A stretch of DNA of 63,818 nucleotides, counting the filler, from Globobulimina sp. (taxonomy: Eukaryota), in assembly GCA_003354225.1 (NCBI GenBank). It is 33 parts of 33 records of this genome, joined end to end, with 100 filler letters (N's around TTAATTAATTAA, not from the genome) between each part and the next. Parts side by side here need not be neighbours in the genome. Positions count along the whole stretch, not along the records: positions 25,193 to 27,029 come from PIVH01011383.1; positions 27,130 to 28,966 come from PIVH01011384.1; positions 29,067 to 30,903 come from PIVH01011385.1; positions 31,004 to 32,840 come from PIVH01011386.1; positions 32,941 to 34,777 come from PIVH01011387.1; positions 34,878 to 36,714 come from PIVH01011388.1; positions 36,815 to 38,651 come from PIVH01011389.1; 26 more parts are not named here. One strand, 5' to 3'. The notes beneath the pieces were generated by a model. That model did no database searches, had not been told where the DNA came from, and worked only from the letters and a program-made list of their open reading frames with translations. The position numbers and the translations under genes were made by a program. Shown in pieces: positions 25,193 through 36,997 of the stretch. The first letter of the stretch is position 1, and the number at the start of each line of letters is the position of its first letter.

Positions 25193-27029
25193 CGGCAATA
25201 AAGCGTTACAGACTGGAACGAGCAAGAAAGATTACACCAATTTTGACCCGACGGGAGCACATAACACGTTAATATATTCGCCGCATGACGCACATAATAG
25301 TTTTGGGGATCTCAATGGTGGCAAACATCGGAAAGTGCCGTCGACTGCGCCCATTATGAAGGAATATATCGAGACTGTCAATGGCAACAACGAGTATAAA
25401 ATAACCCAGGAGGCGTTGGAGATGCTGAGGAAACAGTTATCGTCGATTATTGAGGAGTTAACTAATCAGAAAATGTTCCGCTTGGATAATTTGAGTAAAT
25501 GGGCGAACAATGATGCCGAGTTTGACGAGTTTCGCACCAAAACCATCGCGGAGCATAAAGCCACCGAAGACGACATTAATCATTGGCGGAGAAAGGCCAA
25601 GAGATTGGATGAACAGGACCAAAGGGTGTTGCGTAGGTAATGATACAGCATTTCTCTATGTATTTATATGTGCATTTATGTGTGTTTTTGTGTTATGTAG
25701 GAGGAATACGGTGAATTTAGATGGAATGTCGCCCAATGCATCAGACTTGGAATCAGATGAAGAGCTGCATCAAAATTGGCAAGATTATGATTACAAGCAC
25801 GATTTTGCCCACATCAACGACCGGATTAAAGATTTGGACGCTTTGTTCTGGACTGAGGACCAGTTTTACCGCAAGAAATTCGAAAATACGCACATTGCCA
25901 ATCGGGATAAATTTAAACTGCTGCAACAGCAATATAGTCAGACTACGCATGAATTGCAGCAACGTAATGACGAATTGACCACCAAAATTACTGCGTTAAT
26001 CCAGCAAAACGACAATATAAACACCTATCAGTTAGGCAGTGAGGAGACCGATAGCGATGATTTAGACAATGATAATATGGCCAAATATAGCAAATATGTG
26101 CCGCCGTCCATCAAACACATCCATGAAAACAGTGAGGTGAAGGACGAGGACATTACAGATGCGAATGCGTTGGAGGATAAAGTCAAGGAACAAAACAGTA
26201 TGATCGACCATTATATCTCTACTGTAAATCGCAAAGATCGCGAACTGCGGCAGTCGCAGCAAGCAATTGAAGAGTTGAAGAGTAAAATCCTTTATCTGGA
26301 GAATCTAACCGAGCAAGAAGAGGAATTTGCCGCCATTCATGATGAACTGCAGCGTACCCGACAGGAAAAGAGAGCGCTGGAAACTAAATTAAGTACGTCT
26401 CATACAAATACATTTCATAGCAATGATAGGTCCGATGACTCTTCGTTTAATGAGCCGATACCTTCGGAACATCCGAGTCCTGTGTTGGCGCCACAGGATA
26501 TGGAGTATAAAGAGGAGGAAAAATCATCCACGCCTAGCAAGGTTACAGTACGCACTGCAACAGCAACACAGTCACAGTCACAGCCGAGATTAAGTATTTC
26601 TGCGCCGTCGAGTGCAAATATAATAAGTCCGCATAATGTATCTGACATAACACCCGATACTATGTATCATTTAACGCGTAGTTTGGATATAGAAGATTTG
26701 CCCATTCCTATCGAGCTCGATGAGGAGCATAAATCTCAGATTGTAAACACGAAGCTCAGTCAGTTGTTTGTCGGCGGCGGTAAACAGTATTGGCAGGACG
26801 TGAAAGAGAGTTATAATATATCACAAAATCCATTTTACCATACCAGTTTAGTCGGTGATGTTGTGTTTGTGTGGTTATGTATGTTAATATGTGTTTTTCA
26901 GATGGATTGTCATCGATTTTCGAGGAGGATTTGGATATATCCGCCATGGGCCTACAGTTCCAGCAGTTGCAGTTACAGGTTGTTGAGACACCGCCCACAA
27001 GTATCTCACAAAATTCCTCTGTATCCAAC
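25193..27029 (+). CDS. Coiled-coil protein of unknown function, partial; introns 25637-25700 and 26846-26901
   Basis: E/K/Q/L heptad-rich segments; the introns join three ORFs in frame. Confidence 0.65.
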
Positions 27030-27577
27030 NNNNNNNNNNNNNNNNNNNNNNNNNNNNNNNNNNNNNNNNNNNNTTAATTAATTAANNNNNNNNNNNNNNN
27101 NNNNNNNNNNNNNNNNNNNNNNNNNNNNNAAAATGTAAAAAATAAATTGAAAATTGTTAATATACAAAATGTAAATCAATGTCAATTGAAAACTGATGAT
27201 TGTGGCCAGGTATTCGATCAAGTTGGTAATGAATATGATGGCGTTGATCTAACAATTGATATTCAAAAAGAAATCAATACAATTTCAATAATATCAATGC
27301 CATTTCAATAACTTTAATTGTCTATATTTCGTAAACCGTATTTTATGTGCATGTTGTTATAATTTTATGTTGTTATTTTTTTTGTTAATTCATTTGCGTT
27401 TGTCATTAATGATCATTTCAGCAAAAGGCAAATAAACATAAATAATCCGAGTCGAAATCTACTATTTTCCCTTTGTTTCCTCTTAGATTTGGTGTACAAA
27501 CACAAATTTACACGGATGTGGTTGTATGATTGTTTAATAGTTGAATTTAATTATTTAAACTTAAAAAAACAAAAGAC

Positions 27578-28840
27578 TTATTCACCAGAATTAGATTTTG
27601 GTAACACTTCAAACGACACATTCCCATTAACATCAGGATATATATTTGCTTCATACTGATATCCAGGTTCTTTAATATGTAATCTGGAAGAACTTAACTC
27701 CAATTTTTCAGTATTCTGAAAAATAAATGGTTTGCCAACATATTCAACTCTGATCCAGGATTCGTTCATATTTTGAAACTTCTCAATAACTTTTGCATCA
27801 AACATTTGATTATCCCAATCCACCAATACTTGATCGCCGGGATTTAATCCTAACAACTTCTCACCGCCACTCCCTTTTCGATTCAATGTCTTTTTAACCA
27901 AATATGATATTTTATCCATACTCCAATAACCAAACAATAACAATATTATCCCCACCGCGCACAGTGCACATTCAATGATAATGCTTCCTTTACGCATACT
28001 GACCACATCAATTAATGATGGATTGACCTGTAAAATTAATGACAATTCATTTACGATTTCATCCCTAAATTTATTATTATCATTCACCAATTGATCATAA
28101 TCTAAATCCATCGACAATTTATAATTTAATCCATATTTATCCCAAACAGTATTATCCATATCAGACTTATCACTGTTTTTCGATACGATATCAATTGATT
28201 TTAATTGATGGATATATTTAATATCATCGTTCTTTTGTTTTGTTGCATTTTGAATGCATTTTGTAATATATGTACATGTTTTTTCTTTATTGGATAATAT
28301 TATATTTTCACATAACTGATCACCGCCAATCGCGAATAATAATCGCTCGAATTTCACTAATTGTTTCATGTTAAAATTATTATTTTTTCTCAGAGAGAAT
28401 TGAATTTTAATTTTTTCATTATTTTCTAAATATAAATCAATATTTTCAATCAACTCATTCCAGGCATGGTCATCTTTTATATCATTATCTTCCAAATTCA
28501 ATGCAATATTAACTGTTTTCGCCGGTTTTTTATTTACATTCGCTTTTTCTGATTTATTTCGATTAAAAATAGGGAAATTACTCAATAATGATTGAGCGTT
28601 GGTGCTTAATGATGATTTGGCTTTGGATGGAGAGGTCTCAATTGTTCCCCCAGCACCATTTTGTTTAATATCATCCCAAAATACAGTCACAATTTTGTTA
28701 TTTGATTGAAATTTTACATCATAACGTCCATATTCATGTTTTTTCACTATTTTCGCTGCATAATATTTCGTCTGGTTCCCATCATACCGTGCTTCCACCA
28801 CAGCACCCACCGGATACTCAATTGTTGGAACATTACCCAT
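27578..28840 (-). CDS. Tudor/Agenet-like, SEA-like, TM and Tudor-like protein with possible N-myristoylation (MGN)
   Basis: YPVGAVVEARY..YYAAKI..YDVKF; F..EL...L.V....I.V...RKGSIII; hydrophobic helix; LNPGDQVLVDW...AKV...WIRVEY. Confidence 0.6.
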   Translation of the reverse strand: MGNVPTIEYPVGAVVEARYDGNQTKYYAAKIVKKHEYGRYDVKFQSNNKIVTVFWDDIKQNGAGGTIETSPSKAKSSLSTNAQSLLSNFPIFNRNKSEKANVNKKPAKTVNIALNLEDNDIKDDHAWNELIENIDLYLENNEKIKIQFSLRKNNNFNMKQLVKFERLLFAIGGDQLCENIILSNKEKTCTYITKCIQNATKQKNDDIKYIHQLKSIDIVSKNSDKSDMDNTVWDKYGLNYKLSMDLDYDQLVNDNNKFRDEIVNELSLILQVNPSLIDVVSMRKGSIIIECALCAVGIILLLFGYWSMDKISYLVKKTLNRKGSGGEKLLGLNPGDQVLVDWDNQMFDAKVIEKFQNMNESWIRVEYVGKPFIFQNTEKLELSSSRLHIKEPGYQYEANIYPDVNGNVSFEVLPKSNSGE

Positions 28841-29066
28841 TTTCAAAATGTACACATTTTTTCTGTGAAAATTAAACTAAAAACTCTTATTTGCCTTATT
28901 TCTCTCATCATGTCTTCGGTTAGAAACCCGCGAAAGCTTTACGTTTCCAACGTTTCAAGGTAACATNNNNNNNNNNNNNNNNNNNNNNNNNNNNNNNNNN
29001 NNNNNNNNNNTTAATTAATTAANNNNNNNNNNNNNNNNNNNNNNNNNNNNNNNNNNNNNNNNNNNN

Positions 29067-30854
29067 GAGCCCAACCCGTAATACCGGGCTTGACGATACA
29101 TTTTTTCATCTGTGGGGGTATACCAAATATATTCCGTTGTATCAGATGTTATATTCCACATTTCAATGGGCCGAGCACTATTTGTTGTATTTAAATTGCC
29201 ACCAACTCCGGGCGTCTCACTCCAATACAACCAATCTGTGGATATATGGATAGTATTTGATGGCGTAGATTCAGGTGATATGCAATCTGGATATTGCTCT
29301 GTGTCCAACCCATTTCCAGTTGAATTTACTAATAAATTCCCATTATTATCCAATAAAATGGTTGAATTTGCTGCCAAATCATACGCGTTATTTTTATAAT
29401 TAACATTTGAGAGATATACAGCACCAATATTTGATAAGAATGTTAGTGAAATATCAGAAGTATTCCAATAAGTAATAGCTTCAACATTTGTTTGTATATC
29501 GACTGGTTTTGGTGGATATTGTGATAATAAACATTTTGAATATAATGATAAAACACCAAATACATCTTTTAATTTATTATATTTTGGATTGTTGACCATA
29601 CCAAATGGATTTATAGGTGCATCATTTGCATATCCGGTAATTACATTCTTTCCAGCATGTCGTCCAAAATTATTCCCTCCGTACATCATATAGAAATTAT
29701 GATAAGTTCCACCTAAGCCATACCATCTTAATATACCATTTGCGATTTGGTCAACCGATCTAATTAAAGTACCACTTTGCCATTCTTGAAACCATGCCTG
29801 ATCTGTATACAATTACTACATAAAACGAATAAGATTTAATAAAAGGTTACCTTCAGTCCACCATAATGGCTGTGCTGGATAAGTTGATTTATGCTCAGTT
29901 ATCCATAGCGGAGAAGGCCAACTAATTCCATTAACTAAATATTTATATAACATATGCTAGTGAGTCATAAATAAATATATTGTACTATTTACCTTGATGT
30001 TCATCCCAAAAACCATTTATTGTTTGGATAGTTGTCGATGTATTCATTTGTGGATTATGCTCACACATTATCCAGGGCACAGAATCGTTTTTAGTTAAAC
30101 TTGTGGCTGTTTGTACTGCCCATTCGACGTATTCTTCACCAAATGTTGCATTGGGGTGATATGTATACTGAGTTGAATAATATAATTATATATAAAGATA
30201 ATTTAATATAAAAATACCTCATTTTCTACTTGGAGCATAACAATTGGTCCTCCGTTGGATGCTAAATAAGGACGAACTTTATCAACAGCAATCTGTAATA
30301 TACGGCCCATTTCATTCATAAATGGTTCATTATATGTTCTAAATTGTATATTTGGAATATCTCTGGTCCACCACGGGAATCCACCATAACTTAGTTATTA
30401 AAAACAATTAAACATAATATAAATATAAAATTATTAGAAATGATAAACGTAACTTCCATTCACCGCAAACATAAGGACCTATTCTTAAATTGACAAATAA
30501 ATCATTCTTTGCTGCTAATTCCATGAAATATGTTATATTCGCACTAAATCCGGACCAAACTAAATCACCTTTTTTCAACGGTTCATGCAAATTCCACATA
30601 AAATCTATTTATATAAATTAATTAATCTAAAAATTATATGATTAAATGTATTAACATGTTTGAATAGTATTTAAATTCATTGATTTTGCCAATTTCATTA
30701 CATGATCCCAAGAGGTATATGTTCCTCTGCCATAATGCATTCCTCCACTGAGCAATAAAATACGTTCACCATCAATAATCCAACTACGTGAGTCATATGT
30801 TACATTCCTCGCATGCATTCTTGCCACCATCAAAATCCACAAAAAAAGAAGCAT
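29067..30854 (-). CDS. Secreted GH35 beta-galactosidase, 3'-partial; introns 30605-30655, 30390-30453, 30168-30217, 29935-29992, 29803-29850
   Basis: Signal peptide; NVTYDSRS; SGGMHY; spliced IQTYFMWNLHEP, LRIGPYVCGEWNYGG, QVENEY, WTE, NFYMMYGG.NFG. Confidence 0.95.
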
Positions 30855-31084
30855 CTCCAAAGTTTTTAGTTTTCAGTCTAAGTCACGAAACTTTTCATAA
30901 ACANNNNNNNNNNNNNNNNNNNNNNNNNNNNNNNNNNNNNNNNNNNNTTAATTAATTAANNNNNNNNNNNNNNNNNNNNNNNNNNNNNNNNNNNNNNNNN
31001 NNNCAAATCTCTAATAATATCAACATTATTTTTGAACAATCAACATGTGGTGACACTGTGACAGAAGGAATTATATATAATTAT

Positions 31085-32677
31085 TTACAATAAAGATTGC
31101 GTTTCGATTTGTTGTTGATTGTATGCTTTTTTTTTACTTTTCCATTTTCTAAAAACTACGTATGACACAATAATCGATCCTGCAATACTTCCAATCGAAA
31201 TACAAACATATATAAACGCATCACTTTCATGCCATGCTTTACTATCCGATGATTGTGATCGCATCAAATCATAATCATATCCAAGTGCACCAACATCCAT
31301 TACATCATCGGCAGTCACACAACTATCAAAATAAAAAAATCCATTATTGATCCTTGACTCAAATAATTTAATATCCAACAATTCCTCCGGAAATGTATAT
31401 ATTCCATATTTCTTTTGATATTTCCACCAAATTAAATCAATCCAGCTATGAAGCAAAAAAAATACCGGATCGACGGGTGAGGCCAAACTTCTTCCAACGT
31501 CACCACCACAATAAACATGCAATGAGCCATGAAATCTTCCTTCGAGATCTACCCGAAATGACTGGTTTGCCGCAGAAAAATTGCTATACGGATATATATC
31601 ATATGGCAATTGTTTATCGATTAATGCATCCCATTCACCAACGGCAGGTAAAGACATTGGGGCTGCATCGCTATCAATATCACGTATCAAACAGGTACCA
31701 TTGGCGCCATTGCGTGGAGGGAATGGCGATTCGCTTGGGACATAATTACCAATTAAACGAGGATCAATTTGAAATTTATCGCAAGATACACCCGATTTGG
31801 GATTGATTGGATTTCCATCTCCACCAATAAATTGTGTGTCATATAAAGCATAAAAAGTAGATATTTCATCTTCTGGATTCCAATATGGTAATCGTAGAGA
31901 TCTGTTACCGGAAAAAAATTGTAATTCTGTCTCCAAATAATATAAAAATTGACGATGCCTTTCACAGAGCAAATGTAGATATAAATCGATCGGTTCGCGT
32001 ATACAAACCCTGACATTTTATACCATTTTTACTGATTTCGTGTTATAAATTTGATGCATACAGCACTGTGTAATAAAATAGCTTAGAACCCGGGCCCGGC
32101 AAAACGTTTTTTGTTTACATATTACGCATTCTTTTCTTGTGTTGTCAGGTTCTAAGCTTTTAATTCGCAGTGATTCAAATACTCCCTTTCAGAGCATAAA
32201 AAATTATATAACCTAATAACAGATATGATATTTTAATATTATGCTACATGTTACTGTATGTATCATTTTTTTATGATTAGCCTGGTGGGCAAACACCGGC
32301 CACTATAAACTATGCTACGTTAACCCGTATAAAATATCAGGGTTTGTATACGCGAACAAATCAAATCAAATGGTCAGATTTGTAACTATATGTACATGTA
32401 ATCAATGATACCATGGTAAAAATCCCCAATTAAAATGAGCATAACCTTGATAATAAAAGAATGATATATTATGAACATGGCAGTAATAATCATATGAGTT
32501 CCAATTTTCATCATATTGCGATGGTGTACTTTTCATACTGTAGATGGCGTGTAACAATTGATTTTTTTCCGATCGGGACCAATGTTTTATGTCTCGACGC
32601 ATAAGCACCTCTTCCTCACAATTCATTGTTGAAAAGAAGAACGTAAATTGCAATAAGAAAAGTAACATTTGCGCCAT
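31085..32677 (-). CDS. Membrane-anchored tyrosinase (type-3 copper protein); intron 31959-32411
   Basis: Signal peptide; CuA H...AHFNWGFLPW|HR across the splice; LPYW; CuB FHGSLH..GG...SPVDPVFFLLHSWID; C-terminal TM. Confidence 0.92.
31993..32357. mobile_element. Non-autonomous TIR element (MITE-like, 365 bp) inside the tyrosinase intron
   Basis: 31-bp terminal inverted repeats GTTCGCGTATACAAACCCTGAYATTTTATAC (31993-32023 and 32327-32357, 1 mismatch); inner IR AGCTTAGAACC (32080-32090 and 32148-32158). Confidence 0.8.
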
Positions 32678-32940
32678 TATTTTAATACAGATGGCAGAGG
32701 CGACAGATAAATAATGTGTCTACTCGATTTTTGACGATATGGTGCAGTTTCGCGAGGATTGTCGACTAAATTGTGGAGGAGATTGTCAGTGGAGGTATGT
32801 TGGAGGTAGAAATTGGATTTTTTAAAACAGTTTCATGAAANNNNNNNNNNNNNNNNNNNNNNNNNNNNNNNNNNNNNNNNNNNNTTAATTAATTAANNNN
32901 NNNNNNNNNNNNNNNNNNNNNNNNNNNNNNNNNNNNNNNN

Positions 32941-34647
32941 TCACCACCTCGGCGCACTTTGCAGATTGGTATTGGGTCGCGACTGCGGCAGCAATTACCA
33001 CCGTTGAAGCTGAACAGTATTAAGTGTGGCGAACATCTGTCAGTGTGGAGCGATGCGAATCGGATTTGTTATGGCAAATGGCCCAAAACCTGGAACAATT
33101 TGCGCGGAAAGACCGGCGTGGTGCATAGTATTGACGTGAATAAGAAAGAAGTGAGCATTGAGTTTATGGATCACGATTTGGGTGTTTTTAACCGCCAATC
33201 GATCCCCGTTCGCGCACTGCATCAACCTATCGAGTCTTATATTGACCCATTGACGGAGCTCAACATCCGCAGCGACGACGTTATTGAGGAGATTCGCGAG
33301 CAAAATGGACCAAAAAAGACCGATATTCAGAAAACTATTCCGATATTTGACATTGGTTCGCATTTTGTGCAGGTGGAGCATGCTTTGAGTATCCTGAAAA
33401 TCCGGAAATCGGTGATTTCGCTGATTCGAAACTGGCCCGATCATGAAAAAGAATTTAATTTGAAGATATTTGGCGGAATTGATACTGTGATTCGTTTATT
33501 GCTGTTAGACGGCGCGGAGGCGCTGTCCAGCGGCACTTCGAAATCCAAGCTATTGGTCAAGAAGAAAAACCATTTAATGGACGATTTTGGAAAGATTTTG
33601 CAACTTTTGAAGGACGAGCAACATAAATTTGATGTGGTGGAGAGTGCAGAGAGCGAATTATATCTAAACTCGCAATTGCGTTTAGTGCGGAATATATTCG
33701 ATAAGAAATCGTGGAAGAAAAAGAACCCGACACGCAGTGATTTGTTAGATACGCAAAACGGCGAAGCACAGACCTTGACGCAGGCGTTGGTGGAAGAGTG
33801 CATATTACATTTTGTGATGGCTGTACACAATCCGTCCGTTGTACTGCAGTTCGAATCTGACCACCTTCCATACAAAGAACAGGCAGACGACAGGAATTTG
33901 GTGTACGTGCCGGGCGCGTTGCGGTTATTGGTGACTTTTGACGAGAAATGCGAGCTCGCCACGGATATGAAGACGTCGTTGCGCTTTTATGCGGATAAAG
34001 AGATGACAGATTTGATTGTGTCGTGTCGGAGGAGCGGCGCTGAAAACTTCCCGACGTTTATTGTGCCTTCGAACAGGTTTTGGTACAAGTTTTCCACGTC
34101 GAATAGCGCGCGGTTTTTTGGGTACAGATTCTTTGTGAAACCCATCGAACGGCACATTGACGACAAACAGGCGTTGGATGACAATAATTTTGAGCTCGGC
34201 TGTTGGTTATTTGAGCTGCTGTTGAAGTATAAGCACATATTACGTGTGAATGAGTTCATTGTGCCGCTATACAACGCAGTGTCCTTTTTCGTGTTAAATC
34301 TGCGTTCCAGCGGCAAAGCAAAGGGGATCGAGCAATTGATTCAATTGTTATTATCTGTGCACAAACAGCAGGAGGAGAAGGAGTGTAATATCAGTTTGAA
34401 TTTGTCCAAGTTGAAGGATTTGGGCGAACAGATGGACGTCGTGGTGGATAAGTTGATGCGCAATGACCGCACGGTGCAGTCGCAAGTGTTGAATTCTGTG
34501 GTGGAGCTAATGGCCATTACGGAATTATTCACCACGTTGCCGACGCCGCCACCGCTCATTCCGAGCTCTATCGATGCTGCGGAAGAGCCTCCCATTTCCA
34601 ATATACATTACAGCAACCTATCGAGTCTTGAGATTCATTTTAGATAG
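32941..34647 (+). CDS. Fragment of a giant HECTD4/ZZEF1-like protein with an SH3-like barrel and a CUB-like domain
   Basis: CUB-like FESDH.PY...VPGALRLLVTFDEKC...FWYKF.T...FGYRFFV; LRGKTGVVHSID...VSIEF. Family assignment is tentative. Confidence 0.55.
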   Translation, partial: SPPRRTLQIGIGSRLRQQLPPLKLNSIKCGEHLSVWSDANRICYGKWPKTWNNLRGKTGVVHSIDVNKKEVSIEFMDHDLGVFNRQSIPVRALHQPIESYIDPLTELNIRSDDVIEEIREQNGPKKTDIQKTIPIFDIGSHFVQVEHALSILKIRKSVISLIRNWPDHEKEFNLKIFGGIDTVIRLLLLDGAEALSSGTSKSKLLVKKKNHLMDDFGKILQLLKDEQHKFDVVESAESELYLNSQLRLVRNIFDKKSWKKKNPTRSDLLDTQNGEAQTLTQALVEECILHFVMAVHNPSVVLQFESDHLPYKEQADDRNLVYVPGALRLLVTFDEKCELATDMKTSLRFYADKEMTDLIVSCRRSGAENFPTFIVPSNRFWYKFSTSNSARFFGYRFFVKPIERHIDDKQALDDNNFELGCWLFELLLKYKHILRVNEFIVPLYNAVSFFVLNLRSSGKAKGIEQLIQLLLSVHKQQEEKECNISLNLSKLKDLGEQMDVVVDKLMRNDRTVQSQVLNSVVELMAITELFTTLPTPPPLIPSSIDAAEEPPISNIHYSNLSSLEIHFR

Positions 34648-35139
34648 GATCATACATTAGATATTAATTGATTAACACTTAGGGAGATATCTGCGCAAAT
34701 ATCCCATGCACATTCTGCACGCTATTCCGTGAACATTCACTTTATTATTCACCCATATAGAGCTAGGTGGTGATATTNNNNNNNNNNNNNNNNNNNNNNN
34801 NNNNNNNNNNNNNNNNNNNNNTTAATTAATTAANNNNNNNNNNNNNNNNNNNNNNNNNNNNNNNNNNNNNNNNNNNNTTGAAAGAAATAAATGTTAAAAT
34901 TCCACATAGAAAAAAATTAAATATTAAAAGCCATTCAACAAAAACAACCTAAAAAACAACCACAAAAACAACCGGAAGGTGGTACTGATTGGCAGTAAAA
35001 TTATTCTGTGTGTTTGCTGTTGCGATACACAATTAATATAATATAAAAAGTGCAAAATATAATGTCTGTAAGTCACAACATATTTGATTTTATTTTAAGG
35101 CAACGTACAAGAAAAACATTTTTGAAATATAAGAGGATT

Positions 35140-36546
35140 TTATTTGAATTTTATCAAATATATTGGAACAGCGTGATAATCCTTTGAAATAACAATGGTG
35201 GGATTATTTTTATTATCCACCATGCAGTCATATGGTTTATTGTTATTGCTTGGATTCGATGGTATTTGTTTCATCGATGGCTTTCCAACAACACATTTCC
35301 CGACAATAATTTTACAAAATAACATATATTTACATCCATCTTTTGAATTTATTGGAGTGTATTTATCATTTGTACTATAAATTGCATGTTTAGCAAAATA
35401 TGTGCCTCTGCCATATCTACTCACTGTATTAAAATCTCTGTCAAATCCTTTGCTTAATATACTTTGAATAGCTTCGTAACTCGAACCATGATATCCATAT
35501 TGCTCAATCATACTCTTTTTTTCTCCATACTCTATGCATTTATTATATAATATCTGTTCATAAACACCTTCCTGTGATCTACTGTTAATTTCAGAAATAT
35601 GCTGTATTGCAAATTTATTATTGCAGCTTAAATAGAATTTTTTTTTAATTAATTCATACTTATTGTCACCACCACCACTTTTTTCATCATCATTACTATC
35701 ATTATCACCAATAACTGCAGACAATAATTGCTGTTTTACGTCTTTCCATGGATGGGGAGATTCTGACGATTTAACAATAATATTTATACCATGCTGTTTA
35801 CATTCATTTTTATGACAACTGCTTGAAACCACTGCAAATATTGGCTGTTGACCATAGGATAATAACTGTTTTCTTACACAATCCACCATTTCCAAACCAT
35901 CTGTCAAACCTTTTTCTTTTCTGCCACCACTGCGCATCATCGATGTTATAATACCGCTGATTTTTATTTTTCTTTTATTTACATTTACATAATTTATGCA
36001 ATCTTGTGTTTCTGCAAAATATTTTAATTTATAACATTCTTTATCAAATAACTTATTTTGATTTTTTGCATTCTGATTAGAATCAACCCAAATTATTACT
36101 GCTTTTTTTGATGATTGATTTTGTTTTATTGCTTTTAATAATTTTGTTTGAACTTCGTTTCTTGGGTTGACTGAGTCTGCAGATTTCACAATAACTTCAA
36201 TGCCATATTTAATGCATTCTGGTTTATCGACTGAACGTGAACAAACTGCGAATATTGGAACACATAACATTGATAATAATAAATTTTGTTTAATATAATT
36301 GATCATTTCGACCCCACTTTGTAAGCCTTTTTCCTTTCTTCCGGCACTTTGCATCATTGATGTTATTACACCAACAATACGTTGATATTTCTTATTTGTT
36401 TGAATATAATTAATACATTCTTCTGTCTCTTTGAAAAATTGCAGTGTGAATCCTGCCTTTTGGATAATTCCTGCTTGTTTTGCAACATTTGAATCAGAAT
36501 CAACCCAAATTATTACGTCTTTGTTATTAATAACTTGTTGTGCCAT
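35140..36546 (-). CDS. PARP-family ADP-ribosyltransferase (H-Y-I, mono-ART type) with two tandem N-terminal receiver-like domains
   Basis: GYHGS, GFDR, YGRGTYFA..A.YS, MLFCKIIVG, YDCMVD, PIYLIKF; duplicated unit of about 110 aa, VIIWVDS...ITSMM...G.EM...PIFAV. Confidence 0.9.
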   Translation of the reverse strand: MAQQVINNKDVIIWVDSDSNVAKQAGIIQKAGFTLQFFKETEECINYIQTNKKYQRIVGVITSMMQSAGRKEKGLQSGVEMINYIKQNLLLSMLCVPIFAVCSRSVDKPECIKYGIEVIVKSADSVNPRNEVQTKLLKAIKQNQSSKKAVIIWVDSNQNAKNQNKLFDKECYKLKYFAETQDCINYVNVNKRKIKISGIITSMMRSGGRKEKGLTDGLEMVDCVRKQLLSYGQQPIFAVVSSSCHKNECKQHGINIIVKSSESPHPWKDVKQQLLSAVIGDNDSNDDEKSGGGDNKYELIKKKFYLSCNNKFAIQHISEINSRSQEGVYEQILYNKCIEYGEKKSMIEQYGYHGSSYEAIQSILSKGFDRDFNTVSRYGRGTYFAKHAIYSTNDKYTPINSKDGCKYMLFCKIIVGKCVVGKPSMKQIPSNPSNNNKPYDCMVDNKNNPTIVISKDYHAVPIYLIKFK

Positions 36547-36997
36547 TCTTTATATAGCTAGCAAAAAAAAAATAAAAACACTGCAAAACGAACATTTAGA
36601 AAATATAAATATAACATAAAATATTTTAAAAGTGAATCATTTTATTTATCAATACTTCATTCGTGTCATTAGGACAAGAATATGCAAAAACACAGCACAA
36701 CAAAAAAATGAGCCNNNNNNNNNNNNNNNNNNNNNNNNNNNNNNNNNNNNNNNNNNNNTTAATTAATTAANNNNNNNNNNNNNNNNNNNNNNNNNNNNNN
36801 NNNNNNNNNNNNNNATAAATAAATTAATAATGTAAAAAAGTTTTTTTGATCGATGCATGATGAAATATGAAATGTTAATTGTAAGGTATATTGTTTATTA
36901 TGGTTGCGAGTATGTTTTTTTATAAATCGAAGCGATTAAATCAAGTTTTCGTTTTTAAAATTATAAAACCTTAAAATGTTCACTAAGAAACCAATGG

